The notes under the pieces are model-generated. The model was not told the DNA's origin. It worked only from the letters and a program-made list of their open reading frames with translations, and did no database searches. A stretch of DNA of 64,000 bases, taken from contig DATBIO010000272.1 in the NCBI GenBank assembly GCA_036556965.1, positions 2,355-66,354 of the forward strand. The letters run 5' to 3'. The translations under genes were made by a program, and so were the position numbers. Of the stretch, positions 44,001 through 53,546 are shown in pieces (position 1 is the stretch's first letter; every line of letters starts with the position of its first letter). The DNA is from Vicinamibacteria bacterium. Lineage in GTDB: Bacteria; Acidobacteriota; Vicinamibacteria; Fen-336.

Positions 44001-45124
44001 CGCTCGGTGACGTCGCGCGCCACCACCAGGGCGGCCTTGTGCCCCCCGAACTCCAGGACGTGGGAGCTGACCTCGACGTCGATGATGCCTCCGTCCTTGC
44101 GGCGGTGGCGCCAGCCCCCGCCGTACTCGAGGTCCGCGCGGCCGCGGTCGATGCGCGCGAGCAGGCGCGGGACCTCGTCCAGGGGACGGATCTCGGTGAT
44201 GCGCAGGCGCAGGAACTCGTCGCGGCTGTAGCCGTAGCGGGCCACCGCCGCCTCGTTGACCTCCAGGAAGTGCAGGGAGCTCAGGTCGTAGACCCACATG
44301 GGGTCGGGGTGGCTGGCGAACAGCAGGCGGAAGCTGGCCCCGCTCTCGAAGAGGGCCCGCTCCGCGCGCCGCTCCTGGGTGACGTCGCGGAAGCTCCAGA
44401 CCCGGCCCACGGCCCGCCCCTCCAGCCACTGCGGGCGCGAGTAGCGCTCGAAGACGCGGCCGTCCTTGAACTCCAGCACGTCGAAGCTCTCCGCCTCGGG
44501 CAGCGCGTAGAGCTCCTTGACCTTGCGCAGGAAGGCGTCCGGCTCGCGGAGCTGGTCACGCACGTAGCTCAGGGCGCGCTCGTCGTCGCGGGTCTCGATC
44601 ACCTCCGGCGGGATCCGCCACATCTCCGCGAAGCGCAGGTTGCTGGAGACGATGCGCCCGTCGGTGTCGATGACGAGGATGCCGTCGGCGGTGGCCTCCA
44701 GCGTGGACTGGAGGAGGGAGACCGCGCGCTGGAGCGCGACCTGGGTGCGCTCGCGGTCGGTCACGTCGTGGAGGGTGGAGTGCAGCAGCAGCTGCCCGTT
44801 CAGCTCCAGCGGCCCGGAGTGCATCTCCACGTGGCGGATCTCGCCGGAAGCCAGGCGGTGGGGAAGGGCCACCGCGCTCCGGGGCTGGGTGGCAGCGCGG
44901 GCCAGGGCCTCGCGGAGCTCGTGGGCCGGCGCGGTGGCGAGGTCACCCAGGGTCTTCCGGCGGAGCTCCTCCCGCGAGTAGCCGTAGAAGCGGCAGGCGG
45001 CCGGGTTGGCCTCCACGATGCCGCCCGAGAGCGGATCGATGAGGAGCTGCACGGCGAGGTCCTGGTGGAACACCTGCCGCTGGAGGTCGCCCACCGCCGA
45101 ACGTCCTTGACCTGCTTCAGCCAA
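41069..45124 (-). CDS. Multi-PAS/GAF sensor diguanylate cyclase / phosphodiesterase (GGDEF + EAL)
   Basis: Several PAS repeats. GGDEF site RLGGDEF. EAL domain with EALLRW and DDFGIGYSSLSYL motifs. 1351 aa from the first ATG (start not resolved; internal GTG alternatives). Confidence 0.85.
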   Translation of the reverse strand: MAEAGQGRSAVGDLQRQVFHQDLAVQLLIDPLSGGIVEANPAACRFYGYSREELRRKTLGDLATAPAHELREALARAATQPRSAVALPHRLASGEIRHVEMHSGPLELNGQLLLHSTLHDVTDRERTQVALQRAVSLLQSTLEATADGILVIDTDGRIVSSNLRFAEMWRIPPEVIETRDDERALSYVRDQLREPDAFLRKVKELYALPEAESFDVLEFKDGRVFERYSRPQWLEGRAVGRVWSFRDVTQERRAERALFESGASFRLLFASHPDPMWVYDLSSLHFLEVNEAAVARYGYSRDEFLRLRITEIRPLDEVPRLLARIDRGRADLEYGGGWRHRRKDGGIIDVEVSSHVLEFGGHKAALVVARDVTERVHALEALRRSEEKYRAILGSIDEGYYEVDLAGNLVFLNDALARNLGYPAPQLLGMNNRQYTDEENARIVYRLFNQVFTTGDPVRGAEFEVIRGDGSRRRVSGSIALMRDEKGEASGFRGVFIDVTERRAAEDALRQSEERYRRLVELSPDGIAVHADGRLIFANSAAARIMGYRSPQEMAGRPVLEAIHPDSLPTVIERMKRLAVGETLPFVEEKFVRRDGRAVDVEVGAVPFTYQGTTAVQVVIRDVTDRKRAEKLQAALYRIAHSAGVIEDMPEFYREIHRIVGELMYARNFYIAILDDDGHSVRFPYFVDEHDAPPAPRAPGKGLTEWVLREAEPRLVDQDRFAALVARGEIELLGEPSVDWLGAPLRRGGRAFGAMVVQSYSEDVRFTERDRDLIAYVSQHVANALVRQQTTEALRESEERFRTLADTTPSAIFIYQGEDFRYANAAASLLTGYSVEELARRPFWSLADAEFQEMVKERGLARQRGLPVPARYEFRIVRKDGGLRWVDFSAGSIEFGGRSAALGFAFDVTERKRAEEQIKALAYHDALTALPNRLLFTDRLQVAVAQAHRQGHRLAVLFLDLDRFKVINDSLGHTVGDRLLCAVAERLLGCVREGDTVARLGGDEFTLLLPGLARAIDVTTVAEKILDALRQPFRMDERELYVSASMGVSVYPEDGADAETLVKNADTAMYRAKEQGRDNYQLFAPTMNASAVERLAVESELRKAIARQELVIYYQPMLDLSRGRVHAVEALLRWQHPERGLVAPGEFIPVAEATGLILPLSAWTLRTACAQARAWHSAGHPDLVVAVNLSARQFQQPELVNEVRRALAETGLPASCLDLEITETNAMQNAEATVHTLRELKALGVRITIDDFGIGYSSLSYLKRLPIDTLKIDQSFVRDITTDPDDAAIATAVIALAHTLKLRVVAEGVETEEQLVFLENHGCDLMQGYLFSRPLPADECAGILHDIGLRA

Positions 45125-45307
45125 CTTCGACCGACCCCCTCCGTGGCGCGTGGCCCGCGGTCTTTGACGACGGCCGGGCTAGTGTACGCGGCCCCGCGCG
45201 GGCTCGCCAGGCGCGGCCGTGGGCGCCCGCACACGCCCGGCCCGCCGGCCGCCCACGGAACTCCGCCTTCCCCGCGTGAAACCGGCCCCCCGGGCCCGGC
45301 AGCGGTC

Positions 45308-45336
45308 TTGCTGTAGGCGGCGCCGACGGGCAGACT
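45308..45336 (+). promoter_or_regulatory. Candidate sigma-70-type promoter for the alpha-2-macroglobulin/pbpC operon (TTGCTG-N17-CAGACT), followed by GGAGGA RBS at 45349-45354
   Basis: Seen directly; hexamers only partially match consensus, so weak. Confidence 0.25.
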
Positions 45337-45357
45337 CTGCGCCGTCTCGGAGGATCG

Positions 45358-48300
45358 ATGGAACGGGGAACGCGCAGCCGCACCCTGGGTGTCTTCCTCG
45401 CGTTGCTGGCCGTGCCCGCGGCCGCCGCCGAGCTCCAGGTCGTGCAGTCCGGCCCGCAGGGGGAGGTTGCCCAGCTCGGGGAGGCGGCCGAGGTGCGGGT
45501 GGTCTTCTCCGAGCCCATGGTGGCGCTGGGCCGCATCCCGGACCGGGTGGAGGCGCCCTTCTTCTCCATTGCGCCGTCCGTCCCCGGAACCCTCCGCTGG
45601 TCCGGCACGCGCACGCTCATCTTCACGCCCGACGCGCCGGATGAGCTCCCCTACGCGACCCGCTTCCGCGTGACCGTGGAGGCGGGGGCGACCGCCGTCT
45701 CCGGCCGCCGCCTGGCCGCGCCCCACGCCTTCGAGTTCACCACTCCCACGGTCCGCCTCCTCCGCGTGAACTGGCAGCGCGAGGGTGGGCGGTTCGACGC
45801 CCCCCTCTTCCTGTACCTCCGCTTCAACCAGCCCGTCTCGCGACAGTCCCTCCTCCCGCACCTCTCCTTCGCCTACGCGCCCCATGACTGGACCCCGCCC
45901 GAGCTGCCCGCGGAGGCGTCGGAGCGCGACCCGCGGGCGGCCTCGGACTTCGCGGCCAAGGTGGCGCGCACGCAGGCGGCGGTGAAGAGCCGCGCCGCGG
46001 TGGCGGTGGCGGCCGCCCCGAGCTGGGACCGCCAGACGTTCCCCCCCGCCCCCGACCTGGTGGTCCTGGAGACGAGGGTGGCGCCTCCCCCCGACGCCTG
46101 GATCGCGGTCACGGTGGGGCCCCGCGTGCCGTCCGCGCAGGGCGCGGAGACCCCGGGCCAGCCGCAGTCCTACACCGTGAAGCTGGAGCCGACGTTCTTC
46201 GTGCAGGGCTTCCGCTGCCGCGAGGCCTGCGACCCCGAGGGCTGGAACCCGCTCCGTCTTCGCGGACGCGTGGTACCGCGCGTGCTCGGGAGCACGCTGG
46301 CGGTGGCCGACGTCACCGCGTCTCCGGCCACGCCGCTGGAGCCCGCCGCGCGCTCCCCGGAGCACGAGGAGGAGCCCGGCTACGAGTACCCCACGGAGGG
46401 CGACGAGTACGACGCGGCCACCGAGGTGGCGCTGGAGGACGTCGGCTACCGCCTCGCGCCGGCACGGCGCTACCGGGTCACCGTCGGCCGCGGCCTCGTG
46501 GCCAAGGACGGCCAGACCCTGGGCTACACCTGGGCGGGCACGGTGGACAACTGGCACCAGCGGGCGTTCACCAGCTTCGGCGGGGGCCACGGGGTGTGGG
46601 AGTCGTCGGGGGGCTCGAAGCTGCCCTTCTACGCGCGGAACCTGCGCGCGGTGACGCAGTGGCTCCGGCCCCTGTCCCTGGACGAGCTGATGCCGACGAC
46701 GCGCCGGCTGCAGGAGAAGTACTTCCGCCTCGCCCCCGAGGAGGCGCCCGTGGAGCGGGCCCTCGGCGGCCGGCCCGACACCATCGAGTCGCACGGCCTG
46801 GAGCTGCGGCCGTTCCTGTCCCCCCAGAACACGGGCCTGCTCTGGGCGGCCCTGCGCGACGGCGATCCCATCCCCCGCGCGCACGAGTCGGACACCGCGC
46901 GCCCGCCGAGGTCGACGCTGGTCCAGGTCACCAACCTGGGGCTGAGCGTCAAGGACAGCCCGCACGACACGCTGGTGCTGGTCACGCGGCTGGACGACGG
47001 CCAGCCGGTGGCGGGGGCGAAGGTCGCCATCCGCGACCTGGACAACGCGGTGCGCTTCACCGCGACCACGGACGCCAGCGGCGTGGCCACCATGAAGGGC
47101 ACCGACCTTCGCATCCCCGACGAGTGGTGGCGGTTCCGCTTCATGGTCACCGCCGAGAAGGACGGCGACGCCGCCTTCGTGGGCTCCGACTGGTACGAGG
47201 GGATCGAGCCGTGGTCCTTCTCCGTCAACTACGACCTCGGGGAGTCGCGCCCGCTGCTGCGCGGGTCCGTCTTCGCCGACCGCGGCGTCTACAAGCTCGG
47301 GGAGGAGGTCCACCTCAAGGCCATCCTGCGCACCGACACCGCGGAGGGCGTGGCCCTGCTCCCCGCGGGCACCGCGGTGGAGGTCGTGGTCAGGGACACG
47401 CACGGAGACGAGGTCGTGAAGACCACCCTCGCCCTCTCCGAGTGGAGCAGCGCGGAGTGGGCGTTCACCCTCCCGCGCGCCGCCCCCCTCGGGTACTACG
47501 ACGTGGCGGCGACGGTGAAGGGTCAGGAGCGCTCCGCGCGCGGCTCCTTCCTCGTGGCCGCCTACCGGCGTCCCGAGTTCCGCGTCGAGGTGGGCCTGGC
47601 CGGGGAGTCCAGCCTGGCCGGGGTGTCCCTGGCGGGAGTGGTGGACGGCCGCTACCTCTTCGGCGGCGCCATGGCGGGCGCGCCCGTGCGCTGGACGTAC
47701 GCCCGGAGCCCGTCCTACACGGTGCCGGCGGCCATCTCGGACCGCTACCCCGCGGAACGCTGGGCCTTCCTCGACCACGAGCGCCCCACCCCCCCTTCCG
47801 GCACCATCGAGACGAAGGAGGAGGAGCTGGACGGGCAGGGCCGGCTGTCCCTGACCCTCGAGACGTCGAAGGACGCGGGCGTCCCCTACGAGTACACGCT
47901 GGAGGGCGAGGTCACCGACGTCTCCCGGCAGCGGCAGGCGGGACGCAACTCCTTCCGTGTGGATCCCGCGCCCTGGTACGTGGGGCTGAAGCGCCCGCCC
48001 TACTTCGCCGACGCCGCCCTCGGCCTCGACACCGAGGTGGTGGCGGTCTCCCTCGAGGGGAGCCCCGTACCCGGCGTGGAGGTCACCCTGAGCCTGACCC
48101 AGGTCCAATGGCACAGCGTGCGCCGCGCGGAAGGGGGCGGCTTCTACACCTGGGAGACGGAGCGCCGCGAGGTGGCGGCGGGCGAGTTCCAGGTGGCCAC
48201 CGCGGAGACGCCGCAGGCGCTGCACGTGCCCATGCCCGCGGGCGGCTACTTCGTGCTGCGCGCGGTGGCGCGGGACGCCGAGGGCCGCTCCACCACCACC

Positions 48301-51210
48301 GCCGTCTCGTTCTACGGCCTTGGTCCCGGCTACACGGCCTGGGCCCGCGAGGACCACAACCGCATCGAGCTGGTGCCGGAGAGGAAGACCTACCGGCCGG
48401 GGGACACCGCGCGGATCATGGTGAAGTCGCCGTGGGAGAAGGCGACCGCCCTGCTCACCACCGAGCGCGAGGGCGTCCGCTCGCACCGCGTCTTCGCCCT
48501 GTCCTCCACCCAGGAGACGGTCACCGTTCCCATCACCGAGGCCGACATCCCCAACGTCTACGTGTCGGTGCTGCTGGTCAAGGGGCGGACGGAGGGCTAC
48601 ACGGGGGAGGACCAGAGCGACCCCGGCAAGCCCTCTTTCCGGCTGGGCTACGCGGAGCTCACGGTCGAGGACGCGGCCAAGCGCCTGGCCGTGGCCGTGG
48701 CCACCGACCGCGAGGAGTACCGGCCGGCGGCCAGGGCCCACGTGGAGGTGACGGTGACGGACCCGCGCGGCCAGCCCGCCTCCGCGGAGGTGACGCTGTG
48801 GGCGGTGGACGTGGGCGTCCTCGCCCTCACCGGCCACCGCACGCCCGACGTGGGGGAGGCGGTGTGGGTGGAGAAGGCGCTCCAGGTCCTCAACACGGAC
48901 TCGCGCCAGCGCATCATCGGGCGCCGGGCCCTCGTGCCCAAGGGAGGCGAGGAGGGCGGGGGAGGAGGCGCGGACGAGGGCCCCGGCTCCTCCGTGCGCC
49001 GGGACTTCCGGGTGCTGGCCTTCTGGCTCGGCTCCGTGGTCACGGACCGGCGCGGCAAGGCCTCCGCGGACGTCGCCCTGCCGGAGAGCCTGAGCGCCTA
49101 CCGGGTCATGGCGGTGGCCGCGGACCGGCAGTCGCGCTTCGGCCGCGGGGAGCGCGAGCTGCGCATCAGCAAGCCCGTCATGCTGCGCGCGGCCTTCCCG
49201 CGCTTCCTGGCCCGCGGGGACGCGGCCACCTTCGGGGCGGTGGTGAACAACCAGCTCAAGGAGAAGGGCACCGCGCTGGTGACCATGCGCAGCCTCGACC
49301 CCGCGGTGCTCGAGGTCGAGGGCGAGGCGCGGCAGGCGCTGGAGGTGGCGGCGGGGGGGGCGGTCGAGGCCCGCTTCCGCCTGCGGGCGCGCGCCGTGGG
49401 CGAGGCCCGCGTGCGCATGACCGTGAAGCTGGCCGGCGAGAGCGACGCCTTCGAGGAGGTCCTGCCCGTCCGGCTGCTGGTGTCCCCGGAGGTGGTGGCG
49501 GCCTACGGCCAGGCTCGCCCTTCGGCGGTGGAGACCCTCGCCCTGCCCGCGGGGGTGCTGCCCGGCCAGGGCGGCCTCCACCTGGAGATGAGCTCCACGG
49601 CCCTGGTGGGCCTGGGCGAGGGCGCGCGCTACCTGGTCGAGTACCCGTACGGCTGCGCGGAGCAGCGGGCCTCCGCGGCCCTGGGGCTGGTGCTGGCCGC
49701 GGACCTGGGCGACTCGTTCCGGCTGCCCGGCATGGACACCGCCCGCATGAAGTCCGCGGGGCAGGCCACCCTCACCGAGCTGGAGGAGTTCCAGTGCGCG
49801 GGCGGCGGCTTCGCCTACTGGAAGGGCGAGTGCAGCACGGTGTCGCCCTTCCTCACGGCCTGGGTGCTGCATGTGCTGCAGCGCGGACAGGCGCTCGGCC
49901 ACGCCGTGCGCGCGCCCGTGCTCGAGCGCGGGTACACCTTCCTGGAGGGCGTCCTGGCCCAGCCGCGCCCGGAGAACGAGGGGTGGTGGCCCGCCTACAC
50001 GGCCTGGCAGTCCTTCGCGGTGAAGGTCCTGGCGGAGGGCGGGCGCAACGCGGACAGCCACCTCACCCGGCTGTTCGAGCACCGCGACCGCATGCCGGTG
50101 TTCGCCCTGGCCTTCCTGCGCGACACCCTGCACGCGCGCGGCGAGGGGGGAGAGCGGGCGGCCGACCTGGACCGCCGCCTGGGCAACGCCGTCCTGCCCG
50201 AGGGCGGCAGCGCGCACGTCGAGGAGCTGGCCGATCCCTACCTGCTCTGGTACTGGAACTCCAACGTCCGCTCCACCGCCATCGTGCTCGGGACCATCGC
50301 TCGCGCCGGAGTGAATCCGGCGCTCGCTCCTGAGCCGGGGGCCGCTGACGCGACCCCCGGACCCCCGGGGGCGCGCACGCGCCGGGAGGACCCGCTGCTG
50401 GCGGGGCTGGTGCGGTGGCTGATGGCCGCGCGCAAGCAGGGCCGCTGGGGGAACACGCAGGAGAACGCCTGGGCCATGGCCGCCCTCGTGGACTACTACC
50501 GGAAGCACGAGGCCGAGGTGCCCGCCTTCACCGGCACCGCCGCCCTCGCCGGGCAGGCCCTGATGAAGGAGGCCTTCCAGGGCCGGACCACGGATGCCCG
50601 CGCCAAGGACGTGCCCATGGCCGAGCTGTCTGCCCGGGTCGCCCCGGGACAGCCCGCGGAGCTCCGGTTCGAGCGCGAGGGCGCGGGCACGCTGCACTAC
50701 ACGGCGCGCCTCCGCTACGTGCGTGACGACCCGGCCCTGGCCCCCCTGGACCAGGGCATGCGCATCACGCGGCGCTACGCGCTGGCCGACCTCGAAGGCG
50801 TCGCCGTGACCAGCGCCGCGGCGGGGGCGCTGGTCAAGGTCACCCTGGAGCTGGAGCTGACCAAGGAGCGCCGCTTCGTGGCCGTGACCGACCCCCTGCC
50901 CGCCGGCCTGGAGCCGGTGGAGTCGTGGTTCGCCACCACCGCCTCCGACCTGGCGCGCGCGCAGGGCGAGCAGGAGAACGCGCAATGGCTCGACTGGTGG
51001 GAGCGCGGCGGCTTCGACCACGTGGAGCGCCACGACGACCGCGTCCAGCTCTTCGCCACGCGCCTGGAGGAGGGCCGCCACACCTTCTCGTACCTGGCCC
51101 GCGCCACCACCGCCGGCGCCTTCCACGCGGCGCCCGCGAGGGCGGAGGAGATGTACGAGCCGGAGGTCTTCGGCCGCACCGAGTCCGCGGTCCTCACGGT
51201 GAGGCCGTGA
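45358..51210 (+). CDS. Bacterial alpha-2-macroglobulin family protein (thioester-containing, MG-domain protease inhibitor)
   Basis: ATG 45358. Signal peptide MERGTRSRTLGVFLALLAVPAAAA. 1950 aa. Thioester motif GCAEQ (EYPYGCAEQRASAALG). Repeated MG-like beta-sandwich segments. Confidence 0.9.
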   Translation: MERGTRSRTLGVFLALLAVPAAAAELQVVQSGPQGEVAQLGEAAEVRVVFSEPMVALGRIPDRVEAPFFSIAPSVPGTLRWSGTRTLIFTPDAPDELPYATRFRVTVEAGATAVSGRRLAAPHAFEFTTPTVRLLRVNWQREGGRFDAPLFLYLRFNQPVSRQSLLPHLSFAYAPHDWTPPELPAEASERDPRAASDFAAKVARTQAAVKSRAAVAVAAAPSWDRQTFPPAPDLVVLETRVAPPPDAWIAVTVGPRVPSAQGAETPGQPQSYTVKLEPTFFVQGFRCREACDPEGWNPLRLRGRVVPRVLGSTLAVADVTASPATPLEPAARSPEHEEEPGYEYPTEGDEYDAATEVALEDVGYRLAPARRYRVTVGRGLVAKDGQTLGYTWAGTVDNWHQRAFTSFGGGHGVWESSGGSKLPFYARNLRAVTQWLRPLSLDELMPTTRRLQEKYFRLAPEEAPVERALGGRPDTIESHGLELRPFLSPQNTGLLWAALRDGDPIPRAHESDTARPPRSTLVQVTNLGLSVKDSPHDTLVLVTRLDDGQPVAGAKVAIRDLDNAVRFTATTDASGVATMKGTDLRIPDEWWRFRFMVTAEKDGDAAFVGSDWYEGIEPWSFSVNYDLGESRPLLRGSVFADRGVYKLGEEVHLKAILRTDTAEGVALLPAGTAVEVVVRDTHGDEVVKTTLALSEWSSAEWAFTLPRAAPLGYYDVAATVKGQERSARGSFLVAAYRRPEFRVEVGLAGESSLAGVSLAGVVDGRYLFGGAMAGAPVRWTYARSPSYTVPAAISDRYPAERWAFLDHERPTPPSGTIETKEEELDGQGRLSLTLETSKDAGVPYEYTLEGEVTDVSRQRQAGRNSFRVDPAPWYVGLKRPPYFADAALGLDTEVVAVSLEGSPVPGVEVTLSLTQVQWHSVRRAEGGGFYTWETERREVAAGEFQVATAETPQALHVPMPAGGYFVLRAVARDAEGRSTTTAVSFYGLGPGYTAWAREDHNRIELVPERKTYRPGDTARIMVKSPWEKATALLTTEREGVRSHRVFALSSTQETVTVPITEADIPNVYVSVLLVKGRTEGYTGEDQSDPGKPSFRLGYAELTVEDAAKRLAVAVATDREEYRPAARAHVEVTVTDPRGQPASAEVTLWAVDVGVLALTGHRTPDVGEAVWVEKALQVLNTDSRQRIIGRRALVPKGGEEGGGGGADEGPGSSVRRDFRVLAFWLGSVVTDRRGKASADVALPESLSAYRVMAVAADRQSRFGRGERELRISKPVMLRAAFPRFLARGDAATFGAVVNNQLKEKGTALVTMRSLDPAVLEVEGEARQALEVAAGGAVEARFRLRARAVGEARVRMTVKLAGESDAFEEVLPVRLLVSPEVVAAYGQARPSAVETLALPAGVLPGQGGLHLEMSSTALVGLGEGARYLVEYPYGCAEQRASAALGLVLAADLGDSFRLPGMDTARMKSAGQATLTELEEFQCAGGGFAYWKGECSTVSPFLTAWVLHVLQRGQALGHAVRAPVLERGYTFLEGVLAQPRPENEGWWPAYTAWQSFAVKVLAEGGRNADSHLTRLFEHRDRMPVFALAFLRDTLHARGEGGERAADLDRRLGNAVLPEGGSAHVEELADPYLLWYWNSNVRSTAIVLGTIARAGVNPALAPEPGAADATPGPPGARTRREDPLLAGLVRWLMAARKQGRWGNTQENAWAMAALVDYYRKHEAEVPAFTGTAALAGQALMKEAFQGRTTDARAKDVPMAELSARVAPGQPAELRFEREGAGTLHYTARLRYVRDDPALAPLDQGMRITRRYALADLEGVAVTSAAAGALVKVTLELELTKERRFVAVTDPLPAGLEPVESWFATTASDLARAQGEQENAQWLDWWERGGFDHVERHDDRVQLFATRLEEGRHTFSYLARATTAGAFHAAPARAEEMYEPEVFGRTESAVLTVRP

Positions 51211-53546
51211 GGCCCCGCCGGCGCCTGGTGGCCGCGCTGGCCGCCACCGCGACCTGCCTGGCCGCCTGGGTCAGGATGGGCCCGCTGCCCGAGGGCTTCC
51301 TGGACCTGGGCCGCCACGCCTCCACGGTGGTGGTGGACCGCAATGGCGTCCCCCTCTACGAGTCCCTCTCCGCGGAGGGCCAGCGCTCGCGCGTCCTGGC
51401 CGGGGAGCAGCTCCCCGCGCACCTCGTGGCCGCCACCCTCGCCGCCGAGGACAGGCGCTTCTTCGCGCACCCCGGCGTCGACCCCGTCGCCCTGATGCGG
51501 GCCACCGTCCACAACCTGCGCGCGCGGCGCCTGGTGGAGGGCGGGTCCACCGTCACCCAGCAGGTGGTGAAGCTCCTCATGCGGCGGCCGCGCACGCTGG
51601 GCGGCAAGCTGCGCGAGATCCTCTACGCCCTGCGCCTGGAGCACCGCCTCGAGAAGCGCGAGATCCTCGCCCTCTACATGGCGCTGGCGCCCTACGGGAA
51701 CCAGCTGGTGGGGGCGGAGGCGGCCAGCCGCGCGTACTTCGGCTGCGCGGCGGAGGACCTCACCCCCGCGCAGGCCGCCTTCCTGGCCGGCCTGCCCCAG
51801 CGGCCGGGCGCCCTGAACCCGCACCGCAACTTCGCGGCCGCCGCGCGCCGGCAGGGCTGGGTCCTGGAGCGCATGGCGCGGAACGGCGCCCTCGACACGG
51901 CCGGCCTGGCGCGGGCCCAGGCCGAGCGCCTGCGCCTGGCGCGGCCGGAGGGCGCCTTCGCCGCCCCGCACTTCGTGGAGCGGGTGATGGGCGACCTGCG
52001 CGCACGGCGGGCGCGGAGGGTGGAGACGACCCTGGACGCCGAGCTGCAGCGGCGGGTGCGCGGCATCCTGGGGCGGCACCGCGAGCGGCTGCGTGCCCAC
52101 GGCGCCCACAACGTCGCGGTGGCCGTCCTCGACAACACGCGCGGCGAGTGGCTGGCCTGGGAGGGGTCGGGGGACTGGTTCGACGCGGACCACGGCGGGG
52201 CCATCGACGGCGTGGTCACCCCCCGCCAGCCCGGCTCCGCCCTCAAGCCGTTCACCTACGCCCTCGCCTTCGAGGCCGGCTTCACGCCGGCCTCCGTCCT
52301 CCCCGACGTCCCCCAGCACTTCGGCACCGCGCGCGAGGGCGTGAGCTACAGCCCACGCAACTACGACGGGCGGTTCCGCGGCCCGCTGCGGGCCCGGCAG
52401 GCCCTGGCCGGCTCGGAGAACGTGCCCGCCGTGTGGCTGCTCTCCCGCCTGGGGGTGGCCGACCTCCTGCGCACCCTCCGCCGCGCCGGCCTGACCACGC
52501 TCGAGCGCTCCGCCGACCACTACGGATACGCGCTGACCATGGGCGACGCCGAGGTCCGCCTGGACGAGCTGGTGGCCGCCTACTCCGCCCTGGCGCGGGG
52601 CGGCCGCACCCTGCCGCCCCGCCACACCCGGCGCGTGGTCTGGGACGACGGCACGGAGACGGCGCCGGGGCGGGCGGACGGGGTGGCCCTGATGTCCCCG
52701 CGCGCGGCCTTCTGGGTGGCCGACATCCTGGCCGACGACCGGGCGCGCGCGTTCATCTTCGGCCACGGCGGCTCGCTCGACTTCCCGTTCCCGGTGGCGG
52801 TGAAGACGGGGACCTCGCAGTCCTACCGCGACAACTGGACGATCGGCTTCACCCGCGAGGTGACGGTGGGAGTGTGGGTCGGCAACTTCGACCGCGCCGA
52901 GCTGCGCAACTCGTCCGGGGTCACGGGGGCCGCCCCCATCTTCCACGACGTGCTGCAGGCGGCCCAGGAGCGCGTCACCGGCCGCCTCCCCGCGGAGACC
53001 GATCCGCCCCTGGCCGCGCCCACGGCCGACCTCCGGCCCGTCGCCATCTGCGCGCTGTCCGGCCTCGCCGCGGGCGAGAGCTGCCCGGCCGTGGAGACGG
53101 AGTGGCTCCCCCCCGGACCGCGCACGCGGTGCAACTGGCACCGGCACGAGCACGGCCGCGCGGTCGTGCACTGGCCGGCCCGCTACCGTTCCTGGGCGGC
53201 CGGCCAGGGGCTGCTGGACGAGCCCGGTGCGCCCGTGGCCGCGCGCGCGCCGTCCGCCGCCCCTGCCCAACGGCGCACGGAGCCGGTGGACCTCCGGATC
53301 GTCAACCCGCCGGAGGGCGCGTTCTACCTGCGCGACCCCACGCTGCGCGCCGACTTCCAGACGCTGCCCCTGCGCGCCGAGGCCGATCCCGCCGCGGGAC
53401 TGCTCACGTGGCGGGTGGACGGCGTGGTGGTGGGCACCGCGCGCCCCGAGAAGCCGCTGGACTGGCCCCTGACGCGGGGCCCGCACCTGATCTCGGTCAG
53501 CGACGAGCGGGGACGGCGTCGCGAGACGAGGGTGGTGGTGCGCTAG
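51207..53546 (+). CDS. pbpC: Penicillin-binding protein 1C (glycosyltransferase + transpeptidase), partner of alpha-2-macroglobulin
   Basis: GTG 51207 overlapping the A2M TGA. GT51 motifs EDRRFFAHPGVD, GGSTVTQQ. Transpeptidase SxxK (QPGSALKP), SxN and KTGT motifs. C-terminal PbpC-specific domain. Confidence 0.9.
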   Translation: MRPRRRLVAALAATATCLAAWVRMGPLPEGFLDLGRHASTVVVDRNGVPLYESLSAEGQRSRVLAGEQLPAHLVAATLAAEDRRFFAHPGVDPVALMRATVHNLRARRLVEGGSTVTQQVVKLLMRRPRTLGGKLREILYALRLEHRLEKREILALYMALAPYGNQLVGAEAASRAYFGCAAEDLTPAQAAFLAGLPQRPGALNPHRNFAAAARRQGWVLERMARNGALDTAGLARAQAERLRLARPEGAFAAPHFVERVMGDLRARRARRVETTLDAELQRRVRGILGRHRERLRAHGAHNVAVAVLDNTRGEWLAWEGSGDWFDADHGGAIDGVVTPRQPGSALKPFTYALAFEAGFTPASVLPDVPQHFGTAREGVSYSPRNYDGRFRGPLRARQALAGSENVPAVWLLSRLGVADLLRTLRRAGLTTLERSADHYGYALTMGDAEVRLDELVAAYSALARGGRTLPPRHTRRVVWDDGTETAPGRADGVALMSPRAAFWVADILADDRARAFIFGHGGSLDFPFPVAVKTGTSQSYRDNWTIGFTREVTVGVWVGNFDRAELRNSSGVTGAAPIFHDVLQAAQERVTGRLPAETDPPLAAPTADLRPVAICALSGLAAGESCPAVETEWLPPGPRTRCNWHRHEHGRAVVHWPARYRSWAAGQGLLDEPGAPVAARAPSAAPAQRRTEPVDLRIVNPPEGAFYLRDPTLRADFQTLPLRAEADPAAGLLTWRVDGVVVGTARPEKPLDWPLTRGPHLISVSDERGRRRETRVVVR

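Noticed and set aside
40169-45316. 1715-aa plus-strand ORF
   Set aside because: Antisense to the well-supported PAS-GGDEF-EAL gene. Gly/Ala/Arg/Val-rich translation typical of out-of-frame GC-rich DNA, with no recognisable domains. Artefact of 72% GC (rare stop codons).
45125-45357. 233-bp intergenic region upstream of A2M considered for a small RNA or riboswitch
   Set aside because: No conserved riboswitch-like structure recognisable by eye; only weak promoter-like hexamers. Left as a low-confidence promoter.
44800-51126. 2108-aa minus-strand ORF
   Set aside because: Antisense to the alpha-2-macroglobulin gene, which has a signal peptide, a thioester motif and a coupled pbpC. The antisense translation is low-complexity (G/A/R/P). 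Spurious.
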